A program made the position numbers and the translations under genes. Positions 45,797-55,429 of a stretch of 64,000 bases of DNA are shown piece after piece. The notes beneath the pieces are model-generated. The model did no database searches, had not been told where the DNA came from, and saw only the letters and a list, made by a program, of their open reading frames with translations. This DNA is from a virus. Lineage: Duplodnaviria > Caudoviricetes. The stretch covers positions 64,001 through 128,000 of the IMG/VR virus record IMGVR_UViG_3300031134_000004; one strand, written 5' to 3'. Each line of letters begins with the position of its first letter. Positions within the stretch are counted from its first letter, which is position 1.

Positions 45797-47965
45797 ATGT
45801 TGAACCAAGCACCTGCCACCACCTCCTCGCACATTCCACTGCAAGCGACCAGTCTCGACATCTGGGACGAAAAGTATCGTCTGCGTGGCAACGACGGCAG
45901 CATCATCGATCAAGACATGAGCGCGACGTACGATCGCGTGGCCAAAGCTCTGGCTGCTGTGGAAAAACCAAACAAGCGTAAAGCATTCGAAAAGAAGTTC
46001 CGTGAAGCCCTCGCCCTGGGCGCGACTGGCGCCGGCCGCATCATGAGTAATGCAGGCGCTGAAGCGCACAAGACGGCGGTGTCGCTGATCAATTGCACCG
46101 TGTCGAATACCATCGGCGACTCGATGGAAGAAATCCTGCAAGCGAACAAAGAAGCTGGCCTGACCCTTAAAGCTGGCTGCGGCATCGGTTACGAATTCTC
46201 GACCATCCGTCCAGACGGCGCCCACGTCAATGGCGCTGGTGCTGCAACGTCCGGCCCACTGCCATTCATGGACATCTTCGACCGTACCTGCGCTACCGTC
46301 AAATCGGCTGGCGCGCGTCGTGGTGCGCAGATGGGAACGTTCGACGTGTCGCACCCTGACGCACCGGCTTTCATTTCGGCCAAGCGTACTGACGGTCGCC
46401 TGCGCAACTTCAACCTGTCGCTCTTGATCACCGACGAATTCATCGAAGCGGTCAAGAACAAGACGATGTGGGAATTCAAGTGGGAAGGTCTGCCTTTCTA
46501 CCGTAAGAACCACGAAACGGGCGAATCGATCAAGGCGGAAATGCCAGCGCTCGAACTGTGGGAACTGATCATGAAGTCGACCTACGACTTTGCTGAGCCA
46601 GGCTTCCTGCTGATCGACCGTATCAACCAGTACAACAACCTGTGGTTCTGCGAACACCTGCGCGCTACGAACCCGTGCGGCGAACAACCACTGCCACCGT
46701 ACGGTTCGTGCCTGCTCGGCTCGATCAACGTCGTGCACTTCGTCATCGATCCATTCACGCCAAATGCGCGCTTTGACTGGAAGAAGTTCTACGAAGTGGC
46801 CCGCCTGTTCGCCCGCATGCTCGACAATGTCGTCGAAGCGAACAACCTGCCGCTGGCCCAACAGCGTCACGAAATCGAACACAAGCGTCGCCACGGCATG
46901 GGTTACCTGGGCGCCGGCTCGGCCATGATCATGATGGGCATGAAGTACGGTAACGACGAATCGGTCGCGTTCACCGATAAGCTGTCCCAGCAACTGGCTT
47001 ACGCCAACTTCGAAGAAGGCGCAATGCTGGCCAAGGAAAAGGGTGAAGCCCCAGTCCTCATGGCCGAGTACGACTACGAAGACATCGTCGCCGGTGGCCA
47101 CATGGCTTACAACAGCACGTTCCGTACGCAGTACGAAAAGCGCCAGATCGGTCTCAAATACACCGGTCGCGAACTGTTCCTGATGTCGCACTACTTCGAC
47201 GCGTGGAAGAACGACGAAGAAGGTCTGCGCATCCTGAACCTGCTGGCAATGTACGGTTCGCGTTACTCGCACGCTACGTCGATCGCACCAACCGGCACCA
47301 TCAGCCTGACCTTCGGCAACAATGCTTCGAACGGCATCGAGCCATCGTTCACGCACCACTACGTGCGTAACGTCATCCGTCCAGGCCGCAAGACCAAGGA
47401 AGCAGTTGAAGTGTATTCGTACGAGTATCTGCTGTACAAGACGCTCGTCGATCCGGAAGCTACGCCAGTTGTCATGACTGCGCAGCAAATGGAAGCACTC
47501 GAAGCCTTCATCGCCGAGGGCGCTACCAAAGAAATGCGCAAAGCCATCATCGCCGAATACTGCCTGCAGCAACACATCCTGCCACCGCAGTTCGCTGACA
47601 CCTCGACCTTGACGCCGAAAGAACACGTCGACGTCCAAGCTGCTGCCCAGAAGTGGATCGATTCGTCGATCTCCAAAACCATCAACATCGACACGGACTT
47701 CCCGTTCGACAAGTTCCAAGACGTGTACATGTACGCGTACGAGATGGGTCTGAAGGGTTGCACCACGTTCCGTTTCAATCCAGAAGCCTTCCAAGGCGTG
47801 CTGGTCAAGCAGAGCGACCTGGCAGCGACGATGTACCGCTTCAATCTGGCTGACGGCACCAGCGTGGAAGTCTCGGGCGACACGATGATCGATTACGACG
47901 GCGGCACCCATACGGCGGCCAATCTGTTCGACAGTATCAAGGAAGGACTCTACGGTCGCATGTAA
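45797..47965 (+). CDS. nrdJ: class II (adenosylcobalamin-dependent) ribonucleotide reductase, large subunit
   Basis: Motifs SLINCTV, GARRGAQM, TNPCGEQPL, GSCLLGSIN, RRHGMG, IAPTGTIS, NGIEP and WIDSSISKT. No ATP cone and no class I beta subunit nearby. aagga SD at about 45782. Confidence 0.9.
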   Translation: MLNQAPATTSSHIPLQATSLDIWDEKYRLRGNDGSIIDQDMSATYDRVAKALAAVEKPNKRKAFEKKFREALALGATGAGRIMSNAGAEAHKTAVSLINCTVSNTIGDSMEEILQANKEAGLTLKAGCGIGYEFSTIRPDGAHVNGAGAATSGPLPFMDIFDRTCATVKSAGARRGAQMGTFDVSHPDAPAFISAKRTDGRLRNFNLSLLITDEFIEAVKNKTMWEFKWEGLPFYRKNHETGESIKAEMPALELWELIMKSTYDFAEPGFLLIDRINQYNNLWFCEHLRATNPCGEQPLPPYGSCLLGSINVVHFVIDPFTPNARFDWKKFYEVARLFARMLDNVVEANNLPLAQQRHEIEHKRRHGMGYLGAGSAMIMMGMKYGNDESVAFTDKLSQQLAYANFEEGAMLAKEKGEAPVLMAEYDYEDIVAGGHMAYNSTFRTQYEKRQIGLKYTGRELFLMSHYFDAWKNDEEGLRILNLLAMYGSRYSHATSIAPTGTISLTFGNNASNGIEPSFTHHYVRNVIRPGRKTKEAVEVYSYEYLLYKTLVDPEATPVVMTAQQMEALEAFIAEGATKEMRKAIIAEYCLQQHILPPQFADTSTLTPKEHVDVQAAAQKWIDSSISKTINIDTDFPFDKFQDVYMYAYEMGLKGCTTFRFNPEAFQGVLVKQSDLAATMYRFNLADGTSVEVSGDTMIDYDGGTHTAANLFDSIKEGLYGRM

Positions 47966-48011
47966 CATCGGCTGTACGATCCCACTTAACACAACAAGGA
48001 AATAGTAGAAA

Positions 48012-48701
48012 ATGTCTGAAGAAAAGAAAATGATTGCGATCACCCAGAAGATCACGAGCGTCGCTCTGGCTGACAGCACTGTCCCGGCTGAAATCAAACC
48101 GGAACCAGTTGTCGTGCGTGAACAACTGAACGAGCGCGTCAAGCGTCCTCGCGTGCTCAATGGTCGTACGTACAAGATCGCCGTGCCAGAAAACATCCTG
48201 TCCTCGGCCCTGTACCTGACGATCAACGACATCGTGCTCAACGAAGGCGGCGAGCACGAAAGCGTCCAACCGTTCGAAGTGTTCTTCGCGTCGAAAGACA
48301 CGAAAGCCTTCCAATGGGTCGCGGCGCTGTCGCTGCTCATCTCGGCAGTGTTCCGTAAGGGTGGTGACGTCACGTTCCTGATCGAAGAACTCAAATCGGT
48401 CACCGATCCAAATGGTGGTTACTTCCACCAAATGGCGCACGGCATCATGCCATCGATCGTCGCGCACATCGGCTACACCATCGAAGAGCACTTCAAGTAC
48501 CTGGGCATCATCAAGACCGAAGTTGCAGAACCGATCCCAGAAGAACTGAAAGCGTTCATCGACGAGCGGCGTGAAGAATACGTCGCTACCGGCGGTTCGA
48601 TGGCGCACGCTACTGTTTGCGAGAAGTGTCATGAAAAAGCAGTGATCCGTCTGGACAACTGCCCGACCTGCACCAACTGCGGCGATAGCAAGTGCGGCTA
48701 A
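48012..48701 (+). CDS. NrdJb-like small subunit (TSCPD domain plus C-terminal Cys cluster)
   Basis: RPRVLNGRTYKI, LYLTIND, PFEVF, SIVAHIG and CEKC...CPTCTNCGDSKCG, directly after nrdJ. Confidence 0.85.
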   Translation: MSEEKKMIAITQKITSVALADSTVPAEIKPEPVVVREQLNERVKRPRVLNGRTYKIAVPENILSSALYLTINDIVLNEGGEHESVQPFEVFFASKDTKAFQWVAALSLLISAVFRKGGDVTFLIEELKSVTDPNGGYFHQMAHGIMPSIVAHIGYTIEEHFKYLGIIKTEVAEPIPEELKAFIDERREEYVATGGSMAHATVCEKCHEKAVIRLDNCPTCTNCGDSKCG

Positions 48702-48801
48702 CTTAGCCGTCATAATGGCTGGGGGAAACCCCAGCCTTTTATGCCGCCTGTGTCTTTTTATTGACCTGCTCTCTAGTATGTGGCGGTTATGAATGAATTG
48801 A

Positions 48802-48819
48802 TTTTGGACCGTATATTAC
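48802..48819 (+). promoter_or_regulatory. putative early (virion RNAP) promoter TATATTAC
   Basis: ttttggaccgTATATTAC in an AT-rich gap upstream of an accessory operon; TATATTAC is the reported phiKZ early consensus. Confidence 0.6.
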
Positions 48820-48866
48820 CAATTTAGCATCCCTAGAGATGTCCACAACTAAACAAGGAAGCTTTT

Positions 48867-49409
48867 ATGAACTTAATGAATAACGACCCATTTGAAGAGA
48901 GTTTGGGTGAATTTCTTAATGGCCGTTTGAAAGAGGCTAAGTGGGAACTGGATGATGCGCCAAACACACCAATCACGTACGGTGCTGAAGTGTCGATTCC
49001 TGTTGTCATGCACTACACCAACCTCATGCAAGCTGAGAGCATGATGTTGCTGTTCAAAGAATTCTTCAAAGAGTTCTACGATAAGCTTGAAGTGGCGGCC
49101 ATGGAAATGATGGCAGGTAAAAACTTCACCATTAGCGAGAGCTGGGCGCAAGCGCCAGATCGGATGTCGCAACTCATCTTAACGATGATGACTGATCCGT
49201 TTTACATTCCTTACCTGAACGAACAATATCCAACGCAAGAACAAGCGTTCGGGGAAAAGATCATCTCGGTGTGGGGGCGCGCTGCGATTTACGAAAAACT
49301 GAGCGGCCAGTACGTCATGATGTTCGCAGGTTCTACCAATGCAATGCTTCAATCCAAAGAAGACATCTTCAAGTACAACAACGGTAAGCACTTTACCACG
49401 ATCTATTAA
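48867..49409 (+). CDS. hypothetical protein
   Basis: AAACAAGGAA leader, 180 aa. Confidence 0.75.
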   Translation: MNLMNNDPFEESLGEFLNGRLKEAKWELDDAPNTPITYGAEVSIPVVMHYTNLMQAESMMLLFKEFFKEFYDKLEVAAMEMMAGKNFTISESWAQAPDRMSQLILTMMTDPFYIPYLNEQYPTQEQAFGEKIISVWGRAAIYEKLSGQYVMMFAGSTNAMLQSKEDIFKYNNGKHFTTIY

Positions 49410-49422
49410 ACAAGGAAGCGTT

Positions 49423-49788
49423 ATGTCTCAAAACTATTGCCTCTCGTTTGTGCGTAAAGGTCAAGCGCCTATTTACTACGTTCGTGGTAGAGACAATGAA
49501 GAGTGGAGCCAAAACCCCAAAGGGGTCATTATCTACACAGACTTTTCTGACATCATGCGAAGAATTGACTCGCTGCGGGAAGATTACCATGATCCGGAAA
49601 ACACCCTCAAGAAATTGATCGGCACTGTTCGCACTGATGACGAATCCCACGGCATTGATGTTTGGGATACCGACAGTCTTATCAGCGCAATGATTGCGAC
49701 CACGCCCTTCGGGCAAGTCATTACCGCAGAAGGCGAACTTACCACCAATGAAGTACAAATCAAAGCCGTGATGCACACGAGCTATTAA
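49423..49788 (+). CDS. hypothetical protein
   Basis: AAACAAGGAA leader before MSQNYC. Confidence 0.7.
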   Translation: MSQNYCLSFVRKGQAPIYYVRGRDNEEWSQNPKGVIIYTDFSDIMRRIDSLREDYHDPENTLKKLIGTVRTDDESHGIDVWDTDSLISAMIATTPFGQVITAEGELTTNEVQIKAVMHTSY

Positions 49789-49805
49789 ACAAGGAAAACA
49801 AGATC

Positions 49806-50345
49806 ATGGAAATCAAAAACCCAGTACTGAACGCCATCAAGGGTCGTGAATTTACCGACAAGGTTACCGAGATGCTTTCCACCCACGGTTACGCTTTCAT
49901 CGGCGTGAACGAAGCGTCGGACAATCCGAACGAGCCTACGCCAGCGTACGTTTATACGGTCGGTCTGCACCAGCGTGGTTTTCCTGACCTGTTCGTCTCG
50001 GGCAACCTGCCACAAGAAACGGCAATGCGCTTGATCAACCACGTCATCGAACTGTGGGAAATCAAAGGCGTGAAACTGGGCCGCATCAACAACTTCCTCT
50101 TGATGGCTGACAAACGCACCAAGATGGGGATTGGCTTGAAAGAAGTCGACCTGGAAGACGATGCATCGGGTACTCCGTCGGCACTCAAGACCCACATGCC
50201 GGACTTGGTCAAGTACTTCCCTGACCTGGAAAAACGTCGTGTGGTGCAACTGCTCTGGCCTGACGTGCGCGGCTACCTGCCAATCAACGACGGCTACACG
50301 AACGACGCTTCCGAACAACAACACCTGTTGAACTGGAAAGAATAA
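49806..50345 (+). CDS. DUF4262-like protein
   Basis: AYVYTVGL..RGFPDLFVSG and VVQLLWPD.RG.LP motifs. Confidence 0.7.
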   Translation: MEIKNPVLNAIKGREFTDKVTEMLSTHGYAFIGVNEASDNPNEPTPAYVYTVGLHQRGFPDLFVSGNLPQETAMRLINHVIELWEIKGVKLGRINNFLLMADKRTKMGIGLKEVDLEDDASGTPSALKTHMPDLVKYFPDLEKRRVVQLLWPDVRGYLPINDGYTNDASEQQHLLNWKE

Positions 50346-50659
50346 TGGCGCAAGCAGGTACTCCGACGAGCATCGAAATGTTCGTCGTTAATTCCGCCGG
50401 TGTGGAAGTCTACAGCGAAATCTTCAACGCGTACTTGCAGATTCCGCCGTATTGCAATGACGACCATCAAATGACAACCATCCATCTGCAATGCCAAGCG
50501 CGTCTTAAAGCATTGCAAGTGTTTCGCCAGCGGATGATTGTGGACTGCGAGAATTTCAGCTCGAAGATGCTCGAGTTGCTGCGCGACCGCATGTGGGTGG
50601 TGCACGTCAGAGATGTCCGCGTCATCAACCCTGTTTCGGAAGAAAAGGAACTGACATAA
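50345..50659 (+). CDS. hypothetical protein
   Basis: Coupled TAATG junctions at both ends. Confidence 0.65.
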   Translation: MAQAGTPTSIEMFVVNSAGVEVYSEIFNAYLQIPPYCNDDHQMTTIHLQCQARLKALQVFRQRMIVDCENFSSKMLELLRDRMWVVHVRDVRVINPVSEEKELT

Positions 50660-51066
50660 TGGCTGCTAAAAACGATACGCCCCCGGTTGTGTCGCCAGAA
50701 CTCGTTGTGAAGATCGACGAGATCAACAGCCAGTGGTTGATCCATCAAAGTGTCATTCTTGAAGCTTACCTGCAAAGCGACGAGTACAGCGATAACTGGA
50801 AGCTGCGGATCGTCAGTACGTTCTTGAAAGATAAACAGGGAAACCCAGTTGTCATTCTCGACTACCTCGATCCAAGTGCTGCTGACGGCCACACGTACAT
50901 GCTTTTTGTTTCGGCATTTAAAGACAAAGCTGTGCGTGACCACGAGCTCGGTATGGCGACGGCTGTTGCGCGAATAACAGCCAAGTTGTGCGAAGCGGCT
51001 GGGTGCAGTAAGAATGATGTCCATGAAATCTTCGAGAAGAACTTCTTGAAGCCTAGCTACCGGTGA
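50659..51066 (+). CDS. hypothetical protein
   Basis: aagga SD before MAAKND. Confidence 0.65.
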   Translation: MAAKNDTPPVVSPELVVKIDEINSQWLIHQSVILEAYLQSDEYSDNWKLRIVSTFLKDKQGNPVVILDYLDPSAADGHTYMLFVSAFKDKAVRDHELGMATAVARITAKLCEAAGCSKNDVHEIFEKNFLKPSYR

Positions 51067-51093
51067 TACAAAAATACTAACAAGGAGATTCGT

Positions 51094-51513
51094 ATGGATA
51101 CCTCAAAACGCGAACCTGTTCCGCAAGACGTGATTGATAAAATCAACGCCAGCCTCGATGCACAACAACCGCCATTTACTCCGAAGATGCGCGCTTACTG
51201 GTTCGATAAAGGCATCGAGCATTACTACGAAGGCGTCGAGCACGGTTTGTCGCAAGTGCAATCGGAAGTGCATGTGGGTGGCTTGGTTGGTCAGCGCATT
51301 GCTACCGACATCTTTAACCTCTCCATGGGCCAAGCTGGCTTGCAGGAATTTAAAGAAGGCGTCATTGCGCAGAAAGACATGACGGAGATCTTTAACCTCA
51401 TGCTCCAGCAAGCCTTCATGAAAGGCATGCACTTTAACTACCTGTTACGGGAAAAGGGCATAACCAATCACGAAGAACTGTACAAACAGCTCGCACCAAA
51501 GAAAACCACTTAA
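51094..51513 (+). CDS. hypothetical protein
   Basis: aaggag SD, 139 aa. Confidence 0.75.
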   Translation: MDTSKREPVPQDVIDKINASLDAQQPPFTPKMRAYWFDKGIEHYYEGVEHGLSQVQSEVHVGGLVGQRIATDIFNLSMGQAGLQEFKEGVIAQKDMTEIFNLMLQQAFMKGMHFNYLLREKGITNHEELYKQLAPKKTT

Positions 51514-51534
51514 CACAACAAGGAAGAATTCCCC

Positions 51535-52395
51535 ATGACCATTCTCGCAGATCGCCAGATCAAACGCATGTCGATGCGTCCACCTTTCGTCGTGCTGCGC
51601 CACGATGCAAGCGAAACGTTCAGCTTTGAAACCGAAGCCGACTTGATCGCAAAGCGTGCCAAGAAAGAAATCGCACATTACGCGCCAGCTACCTCGGACA
51701 TTCTCGAGCGCTTGAACTGGCAGCCAATGATCGCCCCGTTCGAGCAAAAGAACGTGCGCATGGCAGAGCGCAGTGCAACCAAGCAAGAACTCCAGATCAT
51801 TCGTGGTCTGGGTAACGGCATTCGCTACGAACCAAAGAAAGCCGAAACGCTCCAGGCGCTGCAAGAACATCGCAGCAGTATCAAAGACGTGCGCGTTGAT
51901 CCAGTTCTGGGCGTGCAGGTGCTGGAAAAGATCCTGTCGTATGGCACCTCGAGTTTCGGCTACGACGTTACGTTGCAAGACGAATTCCGTATCTTCACCA
52001 ACGTCAACGGCGGCATCATCGATCCACTGAACTTCAGTGAAGAATGCCTCGTGCCATTCAAAGGCGACGTGTGCATCATTCCACCCAACAGCTATATCCT
52101 GGGTGTGACGCGGGAATACTTCAAGATTCCACGCAACGTGATGGTGGCCTGCGTTGGCAAATCGACTTACGCACGCTGCGGCGCCATCGTGAACGTGACG
52201 CCGATTGAACCTGGCTTTGAAGGCCATGTTGTCATCGAAATTTCGAATGCAACGAACCTGCCACTGATGGTCTACGCCAATCAAGGCGTGGCGCAGTTCA
52301 TGTTCTTCCAAGGCGACGAAGAGTGCGAAACTTCCTACGCTGATAAGGAAGGCAAGTACCAAGGTCAGACCGGCATGACGCTGGCCAAGGTGTAA
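51535..52395 (+). CDS. dcd: dCTP deaminase with two N-terminal insertions
   Basis: Motifs [45 protein letters not shown] and KYQGQTG. Confidence 0.9.
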   Translation: MTILADRQIKRMSMRPPFVVLRHDASETFSFETEADLIAKRAKKEIAHYAPATSDILERLNWQPMIAPFEQKNVRMAERSATKQELQIIRGLGNGIRYEPKKAETLQALQEHRSSIKDVRVDPVLGVQVLEKILSYGTSSFGYDVTLQDEFRIFTNVNGGIIDPLNFSEECLVPFKGDVCIIPPNSYILGVTREYFKIPRNVMVACVGKSTYARCGAIVNVTPIEPGFEGHVVIEISNATNLPLMVYANQGVAQFMFFQGDEECETSYADKEGKYQGQTGMTLAKV

Positions 52396-52398
52396 GCC

Positions 52399-52896
52399 AT
52401 GAAGCAATCTGAACTGGAAGAGTCAATCGGCAAGAAAGCGCGGATCAATGGCGGTCGTGACTTGGGCATGATTGCCGAGATGCGCTCCGTCATTGGTGAA
52501 TTGTGCACGGTTGTCAAACGGTGCAAGAGCGGCTTGGTCTTGGTGGAACACGAAGGCAAGCACTATTCGCTGGCGTTGTACAACCTCGACAAAATCGGCA
52601 CCTACATCGAGGGTGGTAAATACAGCGATGAAGTGGGCTTGAAGCTGGTGTGGACGGCGCAAGAAAAGTCGCCAGGTATTTTGGAGACTACCTACAAAGA
52701 GCACGAGCTGATGATGCGTCCTGTGGGTGGTGGTTCAGAATACGACGGGATCTCCGACGGTTGTATCGTCTACGGCTCGGACGACTTGGAAGACATCGAG
52801 CGTCACCTGATGTGGTTCGTTAATGGCGTACCATTTCCAAAGCGTCCCACTCTCCTTGTTCGTGAGGTCAGTGTCAACGTTGTACCGAAAGGATAG
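52399..52896 (+). CDS. hypothetical protein (SH3/KOW-like N-terminus)
   Basis: In-operon after dcd, 165 aa. Confidence 0.7.
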   Translation: MKQSELEESIGKKARINGGRDLGMIAEMRSVIGELCTVVKRCKSGLVLVEHEGKHYSLALYNLDKIGTYIEGGKYSDEVGLKLVWTAQEKSPGILETTYKEHELMMRPVGGGSEYDGISDGCIVYGSDDLEDIERHLMWFVNGVPFPKRPTLLVREVSVNVVPKG

Positions 52897-52899
52897 ATC

Positions 52900-53025
52900 G
52901 TGAAAATGCGTAAGCGTAAGAAGGCGCACTACAAGTTCGTCAAGTGCTGGCGGCGTTGGTGGCGTTGGCGTCGGTTTGGTGAGATGTTCTTCCCCACAAT
53001 CGTCATTGGTCCAGAAGACCTGTAA
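52900..53025 (+). CDS. Arg/Trp-rich cationic peptide, 41 aa
   Basis: aagga SD with GTG start; MKMRKRKKAHYKFVKCWRRWWRWRRFGEMFFPTIVIGPEDL; followed by a ggcggcc-ttcg-ggtcgcc hairpin. Confidence 0.55.
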   Translation: MKMRKRKKAHYKFVKCWRRWWRWRRFGEMFFPTIVIGPEDL

Positions 53026-53073
53026 GTACGGTGGCGGCCTTCGGGTCGCCTTTAATTTAAAGAGGAGTAACAA

Positions 53074-53496
53074 GTGAGCAAGATTACTGAACTGAACCAG
53101 TTTCGTCAACAGCGTGAACAAAAAGCAAAGGAAACTGAGCAAGAAGAAATCACGGAGCTGATGGTCAATCCAGTCATTCACGGCATGAACAATCTTGTTT
53201 TCGTCGTGCGTGGTAACGGTAAGGTCGTAGAACTGTATCAGAAAAAGAATGCAGACGATCCGTTTGACAAGTGGGAATTTAAAGGCCATCACCACTGCGA
53301 TCATCTGTTGCATTTGGCATTGATGACAGCAGGCGTACTGGAACAAAAGGTCTTCATGCTGCGCGACAAGTACGAGCCGGAGTCTATTCGCATGGACTTA
53401 CCGCCTTCGTTTGGCGTACCCACTGGTGTTACGCCTGATGGCAAAGAAACAGGTTACACCGAGCAATACGAAAACAAACCAAAAGACGGCAAGTAA
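53074..53496 (+). CDS. hypothetical protein
   Basis: gaggag SD with GTG start. Confidence 0.7.
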   Translation: MSKITELNQFRQQREQKAKETEQEEITELMVNPVIHGMNNLVFVVRGNGKVVELYQKKNADDPFDKWEFKGHHHCDHLLHLALMTAGVLEQKVFMLRDKYEPESIRMDLPPSFGVPTGVTPDGKETGYTEQYENKPKDGK

Positions 53497-53525
53497 GCGT
53501 CAATAACTAAACAAGGAAAACAACC

Positions 53526-54548
53526 ATGTTTGCAACACAAGAACAAGTCGCACAATTAAAGGTTCGCGCATTGGGATGGCAAGCACATGGCTACCCAGGC
53601 GCTGACCCACTTATGCCCGCAGTGCTGGACCTACTTCTGCAATTACCTGACATCGCTCCTTTGTGGAGCTGCGAAGGTCACTATCCGGATCGCAACACTG
53701 GTGATGAGCGTGATGAAGATTTCTACATCATGTTCGCCGCTACGCGCCACGGCTTGGCGGTGCTGGAAGAACTGTACGTCGGCATGCAACAATACCTGCT
53801 GCCGCTGCAACAAACGTACGACACCTTCATCCTCAAGCGTAAAAAGCTGCGTGAGAAGGGTGAGAATCTTCCACCACCAGTACCAGTGAACCCCGGTCTG
53901 AATGCGCTGCGTTTGGCAATTGGTAACCGCCTCCATCCTGAATGCGGTCCCGATGGTCCGTTCGAATGGTGCAACGTGATTAACTTCACGGGTAAGACCA
54001 ATACACCATCGTCCAAACACATGTTCTTCGAAGGCATCATCCCGGTGCTGCAAGAGATGATTGAGAGTCGCAAGAATCTCTTCTACAAGAATGTCCGGCT
54101 GCAACGCGTTAAAGCGCCAAATGTACAGACTGGTTTCTTCGAATGGTCACCTGAATTGATCGACAAGGCAATCGCTGTCTTTAACAAGCGTGCCCCTGTT
54201 CATGGTGAGTTTGGTTACGAATACAGTTTCCGTGCACCGAATTCACGCGCTCGCCACATCCAGATCCACGAGGACATGGTCTCGCACCGTGCGTCGAACA
54301 TGCGTGTTGTGGATGGGTGGATCGTCTGCGACATTGAGGTCATCAAGGCTACGCCATTCGGTGAAATCATCAGCCGTGAAATCGGTAAGACGTATCCAGA
54401 ACACACCGACCCAGTCGAGATCGACAAGGCGATGTACTTCAAGATACGCTTCATGGCCTATAAAGAAGCCGGTGACGCAATAGTTAGTGATCTGGCTTTC
54501 ATTACGGTCGACGCCAATCGCTTACCACAGAAAAAGGAGCCAGCATGA
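53526..54548 (+). CDS. two-domain protein: SCEGH-motif domain plus degenerate T4 gp21-like (S80) protease fold
   Basis: AAACAAGGAA leader; PLWSCEGH; C-terminal VHGEFG...VSHR...VVDGWIVCDIEVIKATPFGEII. Confidence 0.55.
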   Translation: MFATQEQVAQLKVRALGWQAHGYPGADPLMPAVLDLLLQLPDIAPLWSCEGHYPDRNTGDERDEDFYIMFAATRHGLAVLEELYVGMQQYLLPLQQTYDTFILKRKKLREKGENLPPPVPVNPGLNALRLAIGNRLHPECGPDGPFEWCNVINFTGKTNTPSSKHMFFEGIIPVLQEMIESRKNLFYKNVRLQRVKAPNVQTGFFEWSPELIDKAIAVFNKRAPVHGEFGYEYSFRAPNSRARHIQIHEDMVSHRASNMRVVDGWIVCDIEVIKATPFGEIISREIGKTYPEHTDPVEIDKAMYFKIRFMAYKEAGDAIVSDLAFITVDANRLPQKKEPA

Positions 54549-55222
54549 TGAGTCAAGAGCATCGCACTAAACCGTACTCGCCAGAAAACATTGAGCTTTT
54601 AGCCCGGTTGCACGTCCTGTCACTTTTTGCCGAGACTGGTTATAGCCTTCATTCCAACAGCCATGGCGACACGTACGACGTTGTGTTGGCTGACATGCCA
54701 GGTCCAGAAGTGCGAACAAGTGCCTCGGAAATTTTGTGGTATCCACTGAGCGAGGCCATTAAACTCCTTGAAAAGTACATGGATGATCGGTACATCAACT
54801 ACCCCTTGGCTGGTGATACCGAGATTCGCAAGGAAGCGTTCTGGCACGATAAAAACAGTGGGCAAGTCTTTGAGTATCCACAAGGGCAAGCTGCTCTCGC
54901 GCCGTGGTTAGGTAAGCAGTACTTCGCCAGCCAACTCGCTGCAGTTGAAGGTATCTTGCTTAACGAGAACGTTCTGCAAGACTTCCGTTTCCCGCCAGTG
55001 ATCCAGTACCGCAGTGCAATTCGCTGCCTGGCGTGCGACACAAGTGTGGGTGGTACGGTGTACTCGTACGGCGGGTGGAAGTGGCCACAAGGCTTACTGC
55101 ACTACGTCATCGAACACAACTACCGCCCTACCGATGCGTTCATCAGCTTCATTCGCGGCTTGAACGTCAAACAAATCATCAAGACGGACTTGTCCGTTGT
55201 CAATCAACGAAAGGAGAATTAG
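54545..55222 (+). CDS. hypothetical protein with C-terminal CxxC...WPQGLLHYV domain
   Basis: aaggag SD; YRSAIRCLAC...WKWPQGLLHYVIEHNYRP. Confidence 0.7.
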   Translation: MMSQEHRTKPYSPENIELLARLHVLSLFAETGYSLHSNSHGDTYDVVLADMPGPEVRTSASEILWYPLSEAIKLLEKYMDDRYINYPLAGDTEIRKEAFWHDKNSGQVFEYPQGQAALAPWLGKQYFASQLAAVEGILLNENVLQDFRFPPVIQYRSAIRCLACDTSVGGTVYSYGGWKWPQGLLHYVIEHNYRPTDAFISFIRGLNVKQIIKTDLSVVNQRKEN

Positions 55223-55223
55223 C

Positions 55224-55412
55224 ATGATCCTCGACTGGACGCAAGACCCGCAGGTGCCAGAACTGCAAACGGCATTTTATCGCCGTGAGAATCTGCGCAT
55301 CGAAAAGCAAGGTGAAGGCGACTACGCCGGTTACGTCGGTTCCATGGACCACGCCTTCGTGGGTGAGACGCCTGAAGAAGTCGAAGGCAAGCTCATCGAG
55401 TTTCTCGGTTAA
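55224..55412 (+). CDS. hypothetical protein
   Basis: aaggag SD before MILDW. Confidence 0.6.
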   Translation: MILDWTQDPQVPELQTAFYRRENLRIEKQGEGDYAGYVGSMDHAFVGETPEEVEGKLIEFLG

Positions 55413-55429
55413 ACAAAGGAAGGAGTAGC

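Noticed and set aside
45620-48403. 927-aa antisense ORF opposite nrdJ/nrdJb
   Set aside because: This is a shadow ORF. The strongly biased sense genes avoid TTA, CTA and TCA codons, so the reverse frame lacks stops. It has no motifs and no SD.
45797-52395. Inteins or introns in nrdJ or dcd
   Set aside because: nrdJ motifs are contiguous at normal spacing, and the dcd inserts lack splice-junction residues.
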